Below the pieces are notes generated by a model. The model had not been told where the DNA came from. It made no database searches and worked only from the letters and a program-made list of their open reading frames with translations. DNA of 64,000 nucleotides from Candidatus Babeliales bacterium (lineage in GTDB: Bacteria > Babelota > Babeliae > Babelales > JBFXEV01): NCBI GenBank assembly GCA_050179755.1, contig JBFXEV010000001.1, positions 137,994-201,993 of the forward strand, written 5' to 3'. This document shows positions 9,540-19,943 of the stretch, piece after piece. Position 1 is the first letter of the stretch, and every line of letters begins with the position of its first letter. The position numbers and the translations under genes are program-made.

Positions 9540-10523
9540 ATGATTCATAGATTCTTAAGCTGGTTTTACCTTAAACTGCTCTCATTTATACATATTCAAT
9601 TATTCGTTTCAATTGTTTCTTTGCCAATATTAATATCGTGGGGACTTCCTGTTTCCACGCTCGCACCACTTGGCAACTTTATATTTGGTCCTTTTCTAAC
9701 ATTATTTTTGGGTATTTCGTGCATTATTTTTTTTACAGAACTTTGTTATATACCTAATGGCATCTTTATATGGTGTTTAGAACAGATTACTCAACTCTGG
9801 CTTTATTTATTATCCCATGCCAGCAGCACGTGGCTTTTAAGTTTTAAAACGCCATCACCTTGGTTTTTTGTAGCGTTACTTCTAGCAACGATTGCCATTG
9901 TTTATCACAAAAAGCTCCAATCCTTGCACACAAGCTCCTTCTGCTTTGCCTTCTTGCTCGGCATTGCATATCTTTATTTAGTCTTTTTAAATGTACCAAA
10001 ATATGCTATCGCACCAATTCCCTGCAACAATGCGCACATAACCATTATTAAAACACCAAAATCATTTTCTATTATCGATCCAGGCATTATTGGCAGGCGC
10101 ATTTCAGCTCCCTCTTGGATAGAATACTCTTTGCTTCCTACACTTCGATCACAGTACGGCATACAAACAATTGATAACATAGTACTTCTTGCACCGGGCA
10201 TAGTACTATTTGATGCAATCACAGAACTGATTCGTATTATGCCAATCAAAAATATCTATGTGCCGTTGTGGCAAGGTGAAAGTCCGCTAGGCCTTACTAG
10301 TGCTTACAAAAAAATGAAAGATGCCGCAACACGTCATGGCATTAAAATTCATCGCATAGGAAAAAAATCTCAAGAACTAATTCTTGATAATGAAAGTACC
10401 CTTTCTATTATGCCGCTCGACGCGCAGTGCACTTACCGTACAATAAAATATTCTGCCATTAAAATTATAGGGCAGTTGCCAGAAGATACTATTACGCTGT
10501 ATTCTAGTAAGTACATAACTTAA
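9540..10523 (+). CDS. ComEC-like membrane protein (partial competence domain plus degenerate MBL-like domain)
   Basis: TM helices with PVSTLAPLGNFIFGP (ComEC-like); C-terminal IIDPG...IDNIVLL without HxHxDH. Confidence 0.55.
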   Translation: MIHRFLSWFYLKLLSFIHIQLFVSIVSLPILISWGLPVSTLAPLGNFIFGPFLTLFLGISCIIFFTELCYIPNGIFIWCLEQITQLWLYLLSHASSTWLLSFKTPSPWFFVALLLATIAIVYHKKLQSLHTSSFCFAFLLGIAYLYLVFLNVPKYAIAPIPCNNAHITIIKTPKSFSIIDPGIIGRRISAPSWIEYSLLPTLRSQYGIQTIDNIVLLAPGIVLFDAITELIRIMPIKNIYVPLWQGESPLGLTSAYKKMKDAATRHGIKIHRIGKKSQELILDNESTLSIMPLDAQCTYRTIKYSAIKIIGQLPEDTITLYSSKYIT

Positions 10524-10536
10524 AAAGGATATTACC

Positions 10537-11097
10537 ATGGCTGGATCATTATCTGGTAAAAAAATAGTATTGGTGATCGCAAGTGAAGGTTATCACCCCG
10601 TAGAATATGGCGTAACAAAAGAGAACTTGCGCAAAGAAGGCGCTATAATTACTACCGCAAGTGATAAACCAGGCGGTGCAGTGGCAAAAGATAATTCCAC
10701 AACGCCAGTTGATATAACTCTTGATGCACTAGATGCCAAAAACTACGATGGAATCTTTTTTATTGGTGGCCCTGGCACACTCAAATGCCTTGATAATCCA
10801 ACAAGCTATCATATTATAAGCCAAGCCAAAAAACATAACGTGCCCTATGGCGCCATTTGTATTGCCACACGAATTCTTGCAAAAGCTTACGGCCTCCAAG
10901 ATAAACGCGCCACTGGCTGGAACGAAGATCTTGAACTTAACGTACTCTACCCAAGCTTTGGTGCTACCTTAGTAGAAAGACATCCGGTTATCATCGATGA
11001 ACGCGTGGTAACTGCGGTGGGCCCCGCAGCCGCAGATGAATTTGCAAAAGCAATACGTCAAGTTGTTATTGAAAAGGAATTATCTTCTGAAGAATAA
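10537..11097 (+). CDS. DJ-1/PfpI family protein
   Basis: EGYHPVE, YDGIFFIGGPG, AICIA nucleophile elbow, VTAVGP. Confidence 0.9.
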   Translation: MAGSLSGKKIVLVIASEGYHPVEYGVTKENLRKEGAIITTASDKPGGAVAKDNSTTPVDITLDALDAKNYDGIFFIGGPGTLKCLDNPTSYHIISQAKKHNVPYGAICIATRILAKAYGLQDKRATGWNEDLELNVLYPSFGATLVERHPVIIDERVVTAVGPAAADEFAKAIRQVVIEKELSSEE

Positions 11098-11129
11098 AAA
11101 GGGTTTTTAGTTCTCAAGAAAGGAACGCA

Positions 11130-11426
11130 ATGCCTACTGTTATAAGCATTAGAAAAATTAATCAAGCAAACACTAAACATGTGTATGAAGTCACAGCTGA
11201 GCAAGTAAAGCCATTTTACATCACCATTGATCCTGAACCACGGCACATTAGCTATTATACCGATAAAAAATTAAATAAGCTGGTCACTATCATTGATTTA
11301 AACGAAGAGAACAAATTACTCTTTAAAAGCATTCATAAGCATACTGCGCTACTAACACTTTGCTGCGCACGTAAAGCCATAAAAAATAATCTATTTCCAG
11401 AAGTTTTAGACTACTGTTCCGGATAA
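11130..11426 (+). CDS. Hypothetical protein
   Basis: 98-aa ORF with AAGGA RBS, co-oriented with neighbours. Confidence 0.6.
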   Translation: MPTVISIRKINQANTKHVYEVTAEQVKPFYITIDPEPRHISYYTDKKLNKLVTIIDLNEENKLLFKSIHKHTALLTLCCARKAIKNNLFPEVLDYCSG

Positions 11427-11433
11427 AAATACT

Positions 11434-11829
11434 ATGAAAATAAAAATATCTCGTATTCTCTGGATTGCTAGTATGCTAATTGTGAGCAACGTATGCTATA
11501 CAATGAATCAAGAACCAGTAGCCGCAGCTCCTCTTGGCGCACTCTTAAGAAATGGTGCTCGTGCTCGTCTAGATACAATAGTTTTCACCCACCTCAATGT
11601 AGTCCTAGCATTACGCGGCAATGATGGCAAAGGAGGCTTTGCCATCATTGAATTAGTGCAAAACTGCAGAAACGAAGCATCGCCTATCTCTCAAAAATCT
11701 GGGGAACATTTGCTACTTTATGGACTTGTTGATGCAACTCATAAACCATTACCAGAGCTCAAAGATATAATTGTATCAATGGCTATTGGTAACGGCTTAG
11801 AAATGAAAATTGTATCTCCTATCAAGTAA
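11434..11829 (+). CDS. Exported hypothetical protein
   Basis: Signal peptide CYT-MNQ. Confidence 0.65.
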   Translation: MKIKISRILWIASMLIVSNVCYTMNQEPVAAAPLGALLRNGARARLDTIVFTHLNVVLALRGNDGKGGFAIIELVQNCRNEASPISQKSGEHLLLYGLVDATHKPLPELKDIIVSMAIGNGLEMKIVSPIK

Positions 11830-11835
11830 AGCGCT

Positions 11836-11988
11836 ATGCCCGCAGGGCGTAGTATTGTGCGAATAAGACATGGCCTGCTTAATCAAAATCAAGTTCCTTA
11901 TGAAGAACAAAGAAATATCATACTTTCTATGATCCGCAAACAAAACGGTAAAATGCTTATAAGCACTTCTATCAAAACAGAAAACTAA
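11836..11988 (+). pseudogene. C-terminal remnant of a paralog of 11434-11829
   Basis: Manual translation HGLLNQNQVPYEEQRNIILSMIRKQNGKMLISTSIK aligns with YGLVDATHKPLPELKDIIVSMAIGNGLEMKIVSPIK; begins in a GC hairpin at 11834-11852. Confidence 0.55.
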
Positions 11989-12609
11989 TTAAACAATCAG
12001 CGCTGCTCGTGCAGGCACACCATCAATGCCAAGAACATTCAATGGCAAACAGCAAAGTTCATAATAACCAGGCGGCACATGCGCAAGCCGTAATCCTTCA
12101 ATAATTACCACATTACCTTCAAGCAACAAAATATGCGTTTCATGCTCTGGCTGGTTACGTTCAATGCCCAAATAATCAATACCAATGCAAGCAATTTTAA
12201 GATCAGCAAGATAACGTGCTGCATCTTTATGCACACATATAAATTGAGGGTCAAAAGGATCAGTGGGAGATCGCAGACTATTTTTTGTTTTTACAAGAAT
12301 GCGCTCACTAGCTTTTATCTCACACTGTTTAAGATCATTTTGTGTAATGCATTCTGTCACGTGAGTAAGATCAAGCACCCTGCACGGCCCTATGAGTGCT
12401 TCTAACGATAGTGTCTCGCTTGAGCCACCATTCATGACAAAGTGAGAAGGCGCATCAACATGCGTGCCGGTATGATTATGCATCGAGAGCATAGTTTCTC
12501 GCACACCATCACAATCAAATTGTTTTAAAGACTCGATTTTGACTGTTCTACGATCTTTATATTCGGTCATCTGTGGCGTAATTGGCCAACTTATATCGAT
12601 AATGTTCAT
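11989..12609 (-). CDS. Cyclase / kynurenine-formamidase family metal hydrolase
   Basis: HTGTHVDAPSHF, GIDYLG, H...L...IIEGL motifs. Confidence 0.9.
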   Translation of the reverse strand: MNIIDISWPITPQMTEYKDRRTVKIESLKQFDCDGVRETMLSMHNHTGTHVDAPSHFVMNGGSSETLSLEALIGPCRVLDLTHVTECITQNDLKQCEIKASERILVKTKNSLRSPTDPFDPQFICVHKDAARYLADLKIACIGIDYLGIERNQPEHETHILLLEGNVVIIEGLRLAHVPPGYYELCCLPLNVLGIDGVPARAALIV

Positions 12610-12639
12610 TACTCAATCTTCTTGATTGCGTGTCCACCA

Positions 12640-12666
12640 CCCGCCTTCGCTAAAGCTATGGCGTGG
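12640..12666. repeat. REP-like palindrome, family 1 (CCGCCTTCGCTAAAGCTATGGCG)
   Basis: GC-rich intergenic motif with related copies at ~30062, ~52826 and ~52895. Confidence 0.6.
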
Positions 12667-12670
12667 TTTA

Positions 12671-13573
12671 TTACTCTGATTTCTCAAACTTAACACTATG
12701 CCCTCCAAATTGATTGCGCAACATCGCAACCACTTTAGTCCCAAAATTACCACCAGTTTCTCTTGATTGCTTGCGAATGTCTAAAGCGTCTTCAATTAGT
12801 TTTACTGAAATATGTTGCTTATGTGCCTCTTGCACTGTCCATAATCCCATGCCACTTTCTGCAACTTCACCACTAATACCCTCAAGATTTTGATCTTCTT
12901 TAAAAATGTTTTCAATAAGTTCAAGCAAATATGATCTAATTACGCCACCATTGTTCCAAACTCTGCAAATTTTTGCAAGATCCAACTCTTTATACTCACC
13001 ATTTTTTAATAGATCAAAACCTTCACCATACGCTTGCATGAGTGCATACTCTATGCCATTATGCACCATTTTTACGTAATGCCCTGCACCAGATTCGCCC
13101 ATATACCCATAACCGTCTTTATGGGCAATCGCTTTAAAAAGTGGTTCATACAATTTAAACACCGATTCTTGACCACCAATCATAAGAGAAAAGCCAATCT
13201 CGCGCCCTTTAAGGCCGCCCGAAGTGCCGCAATCCAAAAAATGCATACCATGTTCTTGTAGTGATCGAGATCGGCACACCGTATCATGAAAATTACTATT
13301 ACCGCCATCAATAATAGTGTCGCCTTTGTGCATATCAGGTAACATTGATTCAATTACTTGATCAATCGGCGCACCAGCTGGAATCATTAACCACGTAACA
13401 CGCACGTGCTCAGGTAACTGACTTGCCGTTAGTACCGTGCGTGCGCCAAGTTGCTCAGCTTCTTTGCGCAATGTTTCATTTCTATCAAAAGCAACCACGT
13501 CATAACCTGCTTTTAAAACGCGCTCGGTAATTGCCATGCCCATTCTACCCAAACCTACAATACCCAATTTCAC
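12671..13573 (-). CDS. gnd: 6-phosphogluconate dehydrogenase, short (GntZ/YqeC) type
   Basis: GLGRMG, IDGGNS, DCGTSGG, GAGHYVKMVHNGIEY, RNQFGGH; GTG start overlaps the zwf stop. Confidence 0.93.
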   Translation of the reverse strand: MKLGIVGLGRMGMAITERVLKAGYDVVAFDRNETLRKEAEQLGARTVLTASQLPEHVRVTWLMIPAGAPIDQVIESMLPDMHKGDTIIDGGNSNFHDTVCRSRSLQEHGMHFLDCGTSGGLKGREIGFSLMIGGQESVFKLYEPLFKAIAHKDGYGYMGESGAGHYVKMVHNGIEYALMQAYGEGFDLLKNGEYKELDLAKICRVWNNGGVIRSYLLELIENIFKEDQNLEGISGEVAESGMGLWTVQEAHKQHISVKLIEDALDIRKQSRETGGNFGTKVVAMLRNQFGGHSVKFEKSE

Positions 13574-14964
13574 TGCAACCACCTCACATTATTTTGTTTT
13601 AAAAATGCTAACGCTTCTTTGGGGCCAGTACTGCCCTGCTCATATTCATAAACTGGCAAATTAAGTGCTTCCACGCATTCAATTATGCGCCAAGATTGTT
13701 CAATTTCATCAAAGCGCACTGATATTGCCTGATCGCCATTAAAAATTGATTCTAACAAAATTTCATAAGCTTCTGGCGTTTTTGAACCAAATTCCTCTAT
13801 ATGAGAAAATTTCATTTTCACCGGCACCACTCCCGGCGCGCGTCCTCGCGGTTTTACATTAAGATCAAGTGCAAATGATGCCTCTGGTTCCACACGAATA
13901 ACCAAACAATTGGAAGGACATTCTTTGCCCGCAATAAGCGGGCATACGATATCTTTAAACTTGATAGTAATAATCGTTATTTTTTCTTGCAATCGTTTGC
14001 CGCTCTCAATATAAAAAGGTACACCTTTCCACCGATTAGTATCTACAAACATACGCAATAACGCAAACGTAGCCGTTTTGGAATTGGGAGCTACTTCATT
14101 TTCAGTTTTATACCCTGCATATTGCCCGAGAACGCCCGTATCGCAACGCACTTTTTGAAGTACTTCTTCTTTTTTATCGCGAATATATTCGCCGGTTAAT
14201 TCAAAAGGACTTTCCATAGCAATAAGTGCAAGTAATTGAAGTATATGATTTTGCACTACGTCTTTTAATACGCCATAACTATCATAATATCTACCACGCC
14301 CTTCAAGACCAAGCGATTCACACAACCTAATCTGCACGCTGTCTACATATTTGGCATTCCAAAGCGGCTCAAAGATAATATTAGTAAAGCGCACTAATGC
14401 AATATTACTCACCAGCTCTTTGGTTAAATAATGGTCTATGCGAAATACTTGGCGCTCATTAAGATACTTGGCAATGCAAGCATTGATCTCTTGAGCTGAT
14501 TGCATACTTTTGCCAAACGGTTTTTCATATACCACTCTATGCCATACTTTGGCATCTGGCGCATCTTTAACAATTATTTTTGCGTTCCCTAAGCTATGTG
14601 TGATAGTACAAAAAAAATCGGCAGGCGTTGCCAAATATACCAGCCTATTACCAGAAAGACCGTGTTTTTTTTCAGAAAGCTCAACAAGCTGTTTCAGTTT
14701 TGCATAACCAGACGGCTCATTAAAATCTAATGATTGATAATAGGTATGATCCATTAGCTGCTGCCACAATTTTTGATCAAAGTTATCAATAAACTCCCGC
14801 GCTGCATCAAGCATTTTTGCTGGTGTAACATCAGAAGATGCCGCACCAACAAGCACAAAGTTGCTCAGCTTTTTATCTTCAAGCAATTTATATATGGCAG
14901 GAATTAATTTTCGCTTGGCTAAATCACCGGTAGCACCAAGCACCAACAGTGTACAATTATTCAT
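13570..14964 (-). CDS. zwf: Glucose-6-phosphate 1-dehydrogenase
   Basis: GATGDLAKRKL, EKPFG, RIDHYL.KE, DVVQNH. Confidence 0.95.
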   Translation of the reverse strand: MNNCTLLVLGATGDLAKRKLIPAIYKLLEDKKLSNFVLVGAASSDVTPAKMLDAAREFIDNFDQKLWQQLMDHTYYQSLDFNEPSGYAKLKQLVELSEKKHGLSGNRLVYLATPADFFCTITHSLGNAKIIVKDAPDAKVWHRVVYEKPFGKSMQSAQEINACIAKYLNERQVFRIDHYLTKELVSNIALVRFTNIIFEPLWNAKYVDSVQIRLCESLGLEGRGRYYDSYGVLKDVVQNHILQLLALIAMESPFELTGEYIRDKKEEVLQKVRCDTGVLGQYAGYKTENEVAPNSKTATFALLRMFVDTNRWKGVPFYIESGKRLQEKITIITIKFKDIVCPLIAGKECPSNCLVIRVEPEASFALDLNVKPRGRAPGVVPVKMKFSHIEEFGSKTPEAYEILLESIFNGDQAISVRFDEIEQSWRIIECVEALNLPVYEYEQGSTGPKEALAFLKQNNVRWLQ

Positions 14965-16276
14965 GAGCAAGAATCTTTCTTGTTTGTTCTTTATACAATT
15001 CTACATGTGGCTGATCAAAAGGATTGACATGTAGTAAAAAGCCAAGATACATCATTTCAATCATATACATTTCAAGCACTTGACCTACATAATACGCACT
15101 TAATTGCGGAATTACTAATTCCAGATATGGCCGCGCCTCTTTAGCATATGCTGCAAGCACGCCATCAAACATAGCTGCCATAAGTGTTGAAAACTTTTTA
15201 TTCTGAATATGCGGCACTAATTTCTCATATTCTGGCAATGCTGGCACACAAACTGCGTGTGCAGAATCGGTAGCACGTGCAAAAGTAATAAGTCTGTCTG
15301 ATGGACCTCCAAGATATAATTGCCCTACCGAATGCAAATCAGTAGTGCCACAAGATGCCGTTGGCGTGATGCCCACATGCACTTCTTTGCCACCATGCGT
15401 CGCTGTTTTGCCTAAGCTTTCCCCCATTAATTGGCGATACCATTGCGCTATGCCGTAGAGTGATTGCCCAAACACAAAAAAATCATGCTGCCTAATGCCC
15501 TGCTCGTAATACAGATATTTTATTATAGCGCTCAATGCCGCCTGATTTTCATGAACATTTTCTTGTGTTGCTGTATCAACCATATCGCGCGCACCGCGCA
15601 TGAGTGCAGCAGTATCAATGCCTAGTAAACCCAAGGGGAACAAGCCCACGCTTGAAAGCACTGAATATCTGCCTCCTACTTTTTCTGGAATTTCAAGGCA
15701 AGTAAATCCTTCTTGCTGTGCCACGTGCCATAATTTTGATTGATAATTTGTGGTGACTACAATAGATTTTTTATATTCAAAAGGATTAAACTTTTTAAGC
15801 AATTCTAGAAACAGCATAAAATTAGCTATAGTTTCTGTGGTAGTCCCGGACTTGGTTACTACATTCAAAATAATTTGTTCTTTGCATTGTAATGCATTTT
15901 TGACCAGTTCTTGCAAGGTATAGACATACTCACTATCAACCGATTCCAAGAAATATACTTTGAGTTCCGGACTTGTTTGATTATAGAGCACACCTTGCAA
16001 TGCTTGATGCACAGCGAGCGTACCTAAATTTGAGCCCCCAATGCCAATCACCACAAGTATTGTTGGTTTTAATGCTTTCTTTTCGTTGATAACGCGATGG
16101 ATAGCATCATAACGTTCTTGATCAGAAGGAAGGTTAATTGACGAATAATCAGTAGTATACTGCGTTGTACGCGCTGCTTGGATGCGCTTTATTTCTGGGT
16201 GAAGCTTTCTTGCTATACGCTCGATATCAGTTTCTTTAACACGCGAGCCTTTGATGTTAATTGAAAGTTGTTTCAT
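14957..16276 (-). CDS. pgi: Glucose-6-phosphate isomerase
   Basis: GIGGSNLG, KSGTTTET, VGGRYSV, QLMGESLGK, PFDQPHVELYK. Confidence 0.93.
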   Translation of the reverse strand: MKQLSINIKGSRVKETDIERIARKLHPEIKRIQAARTTQYTTDYSSINLPSDQERYDAIHRVINEKKALKPTILVVIGIGGSNLGTLAVHQALQGVLYNQTSPELKVYFLESVDSEYVYTLQELVKNALQCKEQIILNVVTKSGTTTETIANFMLFLELLKKFNPFEYKKSIVVTTNYQSKLWHVAQQEGFTCLEIPEKVGGRYSVLSSVGLFPLGLLGIDTAALMRGARDMVDTATQENVHENQAALSAIIKYLYYEQGIRQHDFFVFGQSLYGIAQWYRQLMGESLGKTATHGGKEVHVGITPTASCGTTDLHSVGQLYLGGPSDRLITFARATDSAHAVCVPALPEYEKLVPHIQNKKFSTLMAAMFDGVLAAYAKEARPYLELVIPQLSAYYVGQVLEMYMIEMMYLGFLLHVNPFDQPHVELYKEQTRKILAHE

Positions 16277-16496
16277 TAAAGACTAACTCCCTTTTAATGA
16301 TTATTACTATGAATGTATCCATTGTAGCACGTAATAACTTTAAAACGGAATAGGGATGTAAAATAAACCTAACTTTAAAATATTTATGGGAAATTGACAG
16401 AAAAGCATAAACAACCATTTGACATATACAAATTGCTCATTAGTTTAAGAGTTAAAACAGTATCAAGTAACCTGTTCAATATCTTAAGGAGAATAC

Positions 16497-18788
16497 ATGA
16501 GCAAATATTTCAAACCACAACACATATTACTCGGTCTTATTGCGTCTTTTGCATCAACCATCAAAAGCGAGCACGCATGCGCACCCTTAGTTTGTGCAAG
16601 TGTAGTAAAGGCAGGTAAAGTAATAACTGACCAACTGATTGTCACTAATCCTACCATTGATGGCTGTGCAGTGCATACAATCACTCAGGCTGATTTTTTG
16701 CAAAATGGCACCTTAAGTAAAACCCTAATAATAACTGAACCAGGCTACTATAAATTTTGTGAAAACATAGATTTTGTAGCGCTTACACAATTTGGTGCAG
16801 CGGTTATCATTGACACTGACGATATGGTTCTTGATTTGAATGGAAAGGTATTAAACCAAGCAAATAGTCCTACTATTAGTACTAGAACCTCACACAGAGT
16901 TCCTGGTGTTCCTAGTTCAATTACGGGCATTATAGTCAACACTGGTCATAATAATGTAACAATCCTAGGCAACTATGGAGCAGTAACTAACTTCTCACAA
17001 CGTGGCATTTACGTGCAAGGTGGCAATAATAATATAACTATTGGAAATGACACACAACTGCTTATTACCGGTTGCGGCCATGGCACCCCCGTGAGCTTTG
17101 TTGATCAGACTAATAGTGGCGAGCAAGCAGTATTACAAGCTGGCTTACAAGTAGGAGAAATGCAATTCTTAACACCGTTCGGCTTTGAACCATCAAATGG
17201 TTTACTTAAAGGGCTCTCAGTAAGAAATGTTATTTTATCCGAGAACAATGCAGGATGTGCATTGGGTGATGGTTCAAACTACTTCTTTAACGATTGCACT
17301 ATGTCATTCAATAGAGATACGCGACCAGTATGGCCAACTATCGGATATGGCTATTTTGGTTCAACTTTGGGAGCTGTCGTTTGCTACGGATTGGCTTATT
17401 TTTCTAATCCCGATGGTTTGGGAATTGAAACACTTCAATTTGATAACTGTGACTTCAACTCAAATGTAGCTGATGCATCGATTGATCCTGAAACTTTTTC
17501 TGCGTATTGCGATAGCTTTAACGTTGCCGTCAATTTTTCTAACTTAAAAATATCCAATTGCCGTTTTAATAATAACAATGCAAAATTACAGCAAAGAACG
17601 GATGTTACTCAATTCAATCAAACACGTGGTTGTGTAATCGGGGGTGGCACGGACATACTTCTGCAAGATTCAGAATTCTCAAACAACCTAGGTGGTGGCT
17701 TAGTTGATGGATTAAACATCAGCGGTAAAATTCCTGTAAATAGCACCGCACAAGTCATTTCTCAACCAAAATCATTCACTATTAGAAACTGCATATTCTC
17801 AAACAATAAAGCAAGCACCAATGGTGCCGTTATTGCAAATCCGGGAACTGCTGGATCAGGCAGCCAGGGAGCAATTGGCCAAAAAGCACTTGATGTCGTA
17901 GGTTGCGTTATCAGATTCCCTCATGGCCTTTCTATGATTGATTGTGTAATTGAAGATAACACTGCCGAAATTCTTTCTACAGAAACTGATTACTTAGTAT
18001 ATACTGATGGAATCTTACTATTTGCAGATAATAATTTCCCTGATAGCCCAACAAACAACGTGGAAATTCGTGGCGCTAAAATATCCCGTAACAGAAATAA
18101 TGGGGTACAAGGCACCTCCGCAGGGATAACTACATTAGATGGTCTTTGTGAAAATATTACTATCGTCGATTCGGTAATTACTGAAAACAGCTTCCCTAAT
18201 TATCAACCAAATTTCTTTGCGGCTGGTATTGATATTACTGGGATGACGCGAACACGCCCATCATTAGTATCAGTTATTAATTGTATTATTAATAATCATG
18301 CATCGGCAGGTATCTTCACCTCATTACAACAAACCAATATTCAAGGCAATACCATTTCATTTAATACGTGGGGTGTAATATTAGGCTCATTCCAAGAAGA
18401 AGATGGTGGACCTATCGGTTATCCAATCGGCTCAAGCGTTCTTAATAATACGTTTTTAGGTAATGGCACAGCAGTTGAGGATCAACCAAGCCAAGCACTA
18501 CCACCAGTATATAGCACCTCTCTTGTATCTAACAATCTAGCCTTTAATAATGAGCTAGGATACTTGGTGACCTATGAAGGCGATGTTTCTGTGCCAGTTG
18601 AATTTGGTACATTATCAGCATTTCCACCATACCCGCCATCAGTATTAGCTTCAAACATTGAAATTGTTCCAAATCCTGCAAACCAATTCATTAGTGCAAT
18701 TAGTTCACAAGATGCTTGTAAGGCTAAAAACGAAATTCAAGCATGCACTGGTACAAATAAAACCAAGAAAGCAAGAAGAAGCAAATAA
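16497..18788 (+). CDS. Exported right-handed parallel beta-helix protein
   Basis: AAGGAG RBS, signal peptide, IITEPGYY, VLDLNG, repeated I.NC.F..N turns. Confidence 0.75.
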   Translation: MSKYFKPQHILLGLIASFASTIKSEHACAPLVCASVVKAGKVITDQLIVTNPTIDGCAVHTITQADFLQNGTLSKTLIITEPGYYKFCENIDFVALTQFGAAVIIDTDDMVLDLNGKVLNQANSPTISTRTSHRVPGVPSSITGIIVNTGHNNVTILGNYGAVTNFSQRGIYVQGGNNNITIGNDTQLLITGCGHGTPVSFVDQTNSGEQAVLQAGLQVGEMQFLTPFGFEPSNGLLKGLSVRNVILSENNAGCALGDGSNYFFNDCTMSFNRDTRPVWPTIGYGYFGSTLGAVVCYGLAYFSNPDGLGIETLQFDNCDFNSNVADASIDPETFSAYCDSFNVAVNFSNLKISNCRFNNNNAKLQQRTDVTQFNQTRGCVIGGGTDILLQDSEFSNNLGGGLVDGLNISGKIPVNSTAQVISQPKSFTIRNCIFSNNKASTNGAVIANPGTAGSGSQGAIGQKALDVVGCVIRFPHGLSMIDCVIEDNTAEILSTETDYLVYTDGILLFADNNFPDSPTNNVEIRGAKISRNRNNGVQGTSAGITTLDGLCENITIVDSVITENSFPNYQPNFFAAGIDITGMTRTRPSLVSVINCIINNHASAGIFTSLQQTNIQGNTISFNTWGVILGSFQEEDGGPIGYPIGSSVLNNTFLGNGTAVEDQPSQALPPVYSTSLVSNNLAFNNELGYLVTYEGDVSVPVEFGTLSAFPPYPPSVLASNIEIVPNPANQFISAISSQDACKAKNEIQACTGTNKTKKARRSK

Positions 18789-18811
18789 TTTAATAACGTA
18801 ATAATGGCAAA

Positions 18812-18853
18812 AATGTGGTAGGTGGAGCGCAATCGCACTGCACCTACCACATT
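18812..18853. terminator. Long stem-loop after the beta-helix gene
   Basis: AATGTGGTAGGTG...CACCTACCACATT 13-bp inverted repeat; no clear U-tract. Confidence 0.5.
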
Positions 18854-18898
18854 AGCTACGCGATTCACACTGCCAATAGCATAAAGGGTCCTTAGGAA

Positions 18899-19146
18899 GT
18901 GAATAAGAATACGCAAGCAATACTCTTCTTGGCTGCAGTTTCTTTTTACGCACACAGCATGAATCAGCCTAATCATATAGAACCTCAAGCAGCTATCTAC
19001 AAAAAATGGTCAACCTCCAAACGAGTTACTCCACACGTATAAAATGTCCTAACGGTAACTATGTGATTGAGGAGACAGTAATCCTCTATATAAACCTATA
19101 CCGTGCTTGGCGAGCGGAAATTATACAAACTAGCAGAGCCAGGTAA
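18899..19146 (+). pseudogene. Probable remnant of an exported-protein gene
   Basis: GTG ORF MNKNTQAILFLAAVSFYAHS-MNQ stops at 19042; another frame stays open to 19146. Confidence 0.35.
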
Positions 19147-19194
19147 ATATTGGCTATTCATCAAGGAGATATGACTATTAGGGTGACTAAATAA

Positions 19195-19761
19195 TTATCT
19201 TACAAGCTCATGGCACGGGCAATCAACATTCACAAGATCAACGGCTTTTTGGCCAAACGCATTTTCCATGTGACGATCTGCACCGGCCTTTAATAATCTC
19301 TCCACCACCGCCTGTAATCCAAAATTAGCTGCAAGCATAAGCGCTGATTGGCCACCAATATTTTGCGCATTCACGTTGGCGCCTTTTTCAATTAAAAGGT
19401 AAACCATTTGTTCAACTTGTGCAGCATCTTGATTATTTGCATACGATAATATTGCAGCGATGAGTGGCGTCATTTTTTGACGATCAGCAGCATTAGGATC
19501 AGCTCCTTTTTCAAGAAGTAACACAAAAAGTTCTATATGTGATTGAAGTGCTGCATTAATGAGAGGGGTTTTGCCCCCTACATCAATGCTATTTACCCCA
19601 ACTCCTTGAGATAGAAGTTCTTCAATTTTCTGTACATCACCTTTAAAAGCAGCATGCACAATAGCCGACGACTCATTGATCATCAAATCGCTTCGCTCAT
19701 TAACAGCCCCTGCAGAAGCTGGGATAATAAACCCAAGTAGTACTCCATAATGCTTCTTCAT
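19195..19761 (-). CDS. Exported ankyrin-repeat protein
   Basis: AAGGAG RBS before MKKH; GKTPLINAA, MTPLIAA, GQSALMLAA. Confidence 0.9.
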   Translation of the reverse strand: MKKHYGVLLGFIIPASAGAVNERSDLMINESSAIVHAAFKGDVQKIEELLSQGVGVNSIDVGGKTPLINAALQSHIELFVLLLEKGADPNAADRQKMTPLIAAILSYANNQDAAQVEQMVYLLIEKGANVNAQNIGGQSALMLAANFGLQAVVERLLKAGADRHMENAFGQKAVDLVNVDCPCHELVR

Positions 19762-19943
19762 ATTCACTCCTTTATTTAATGCCAAGCTGAATTGTCATAA
19801 CAAAAAATAATGTAATAACACAACGCATCTTGCCATTTACATATTATCAAATAGTGAAGAGCTATAGCAATATTCCCACATTTTAGATACATTAAAAAGA
19901 GGCGAATGCCAATTTCATAAATTCCTTTTTCAGTCAAAAAATT

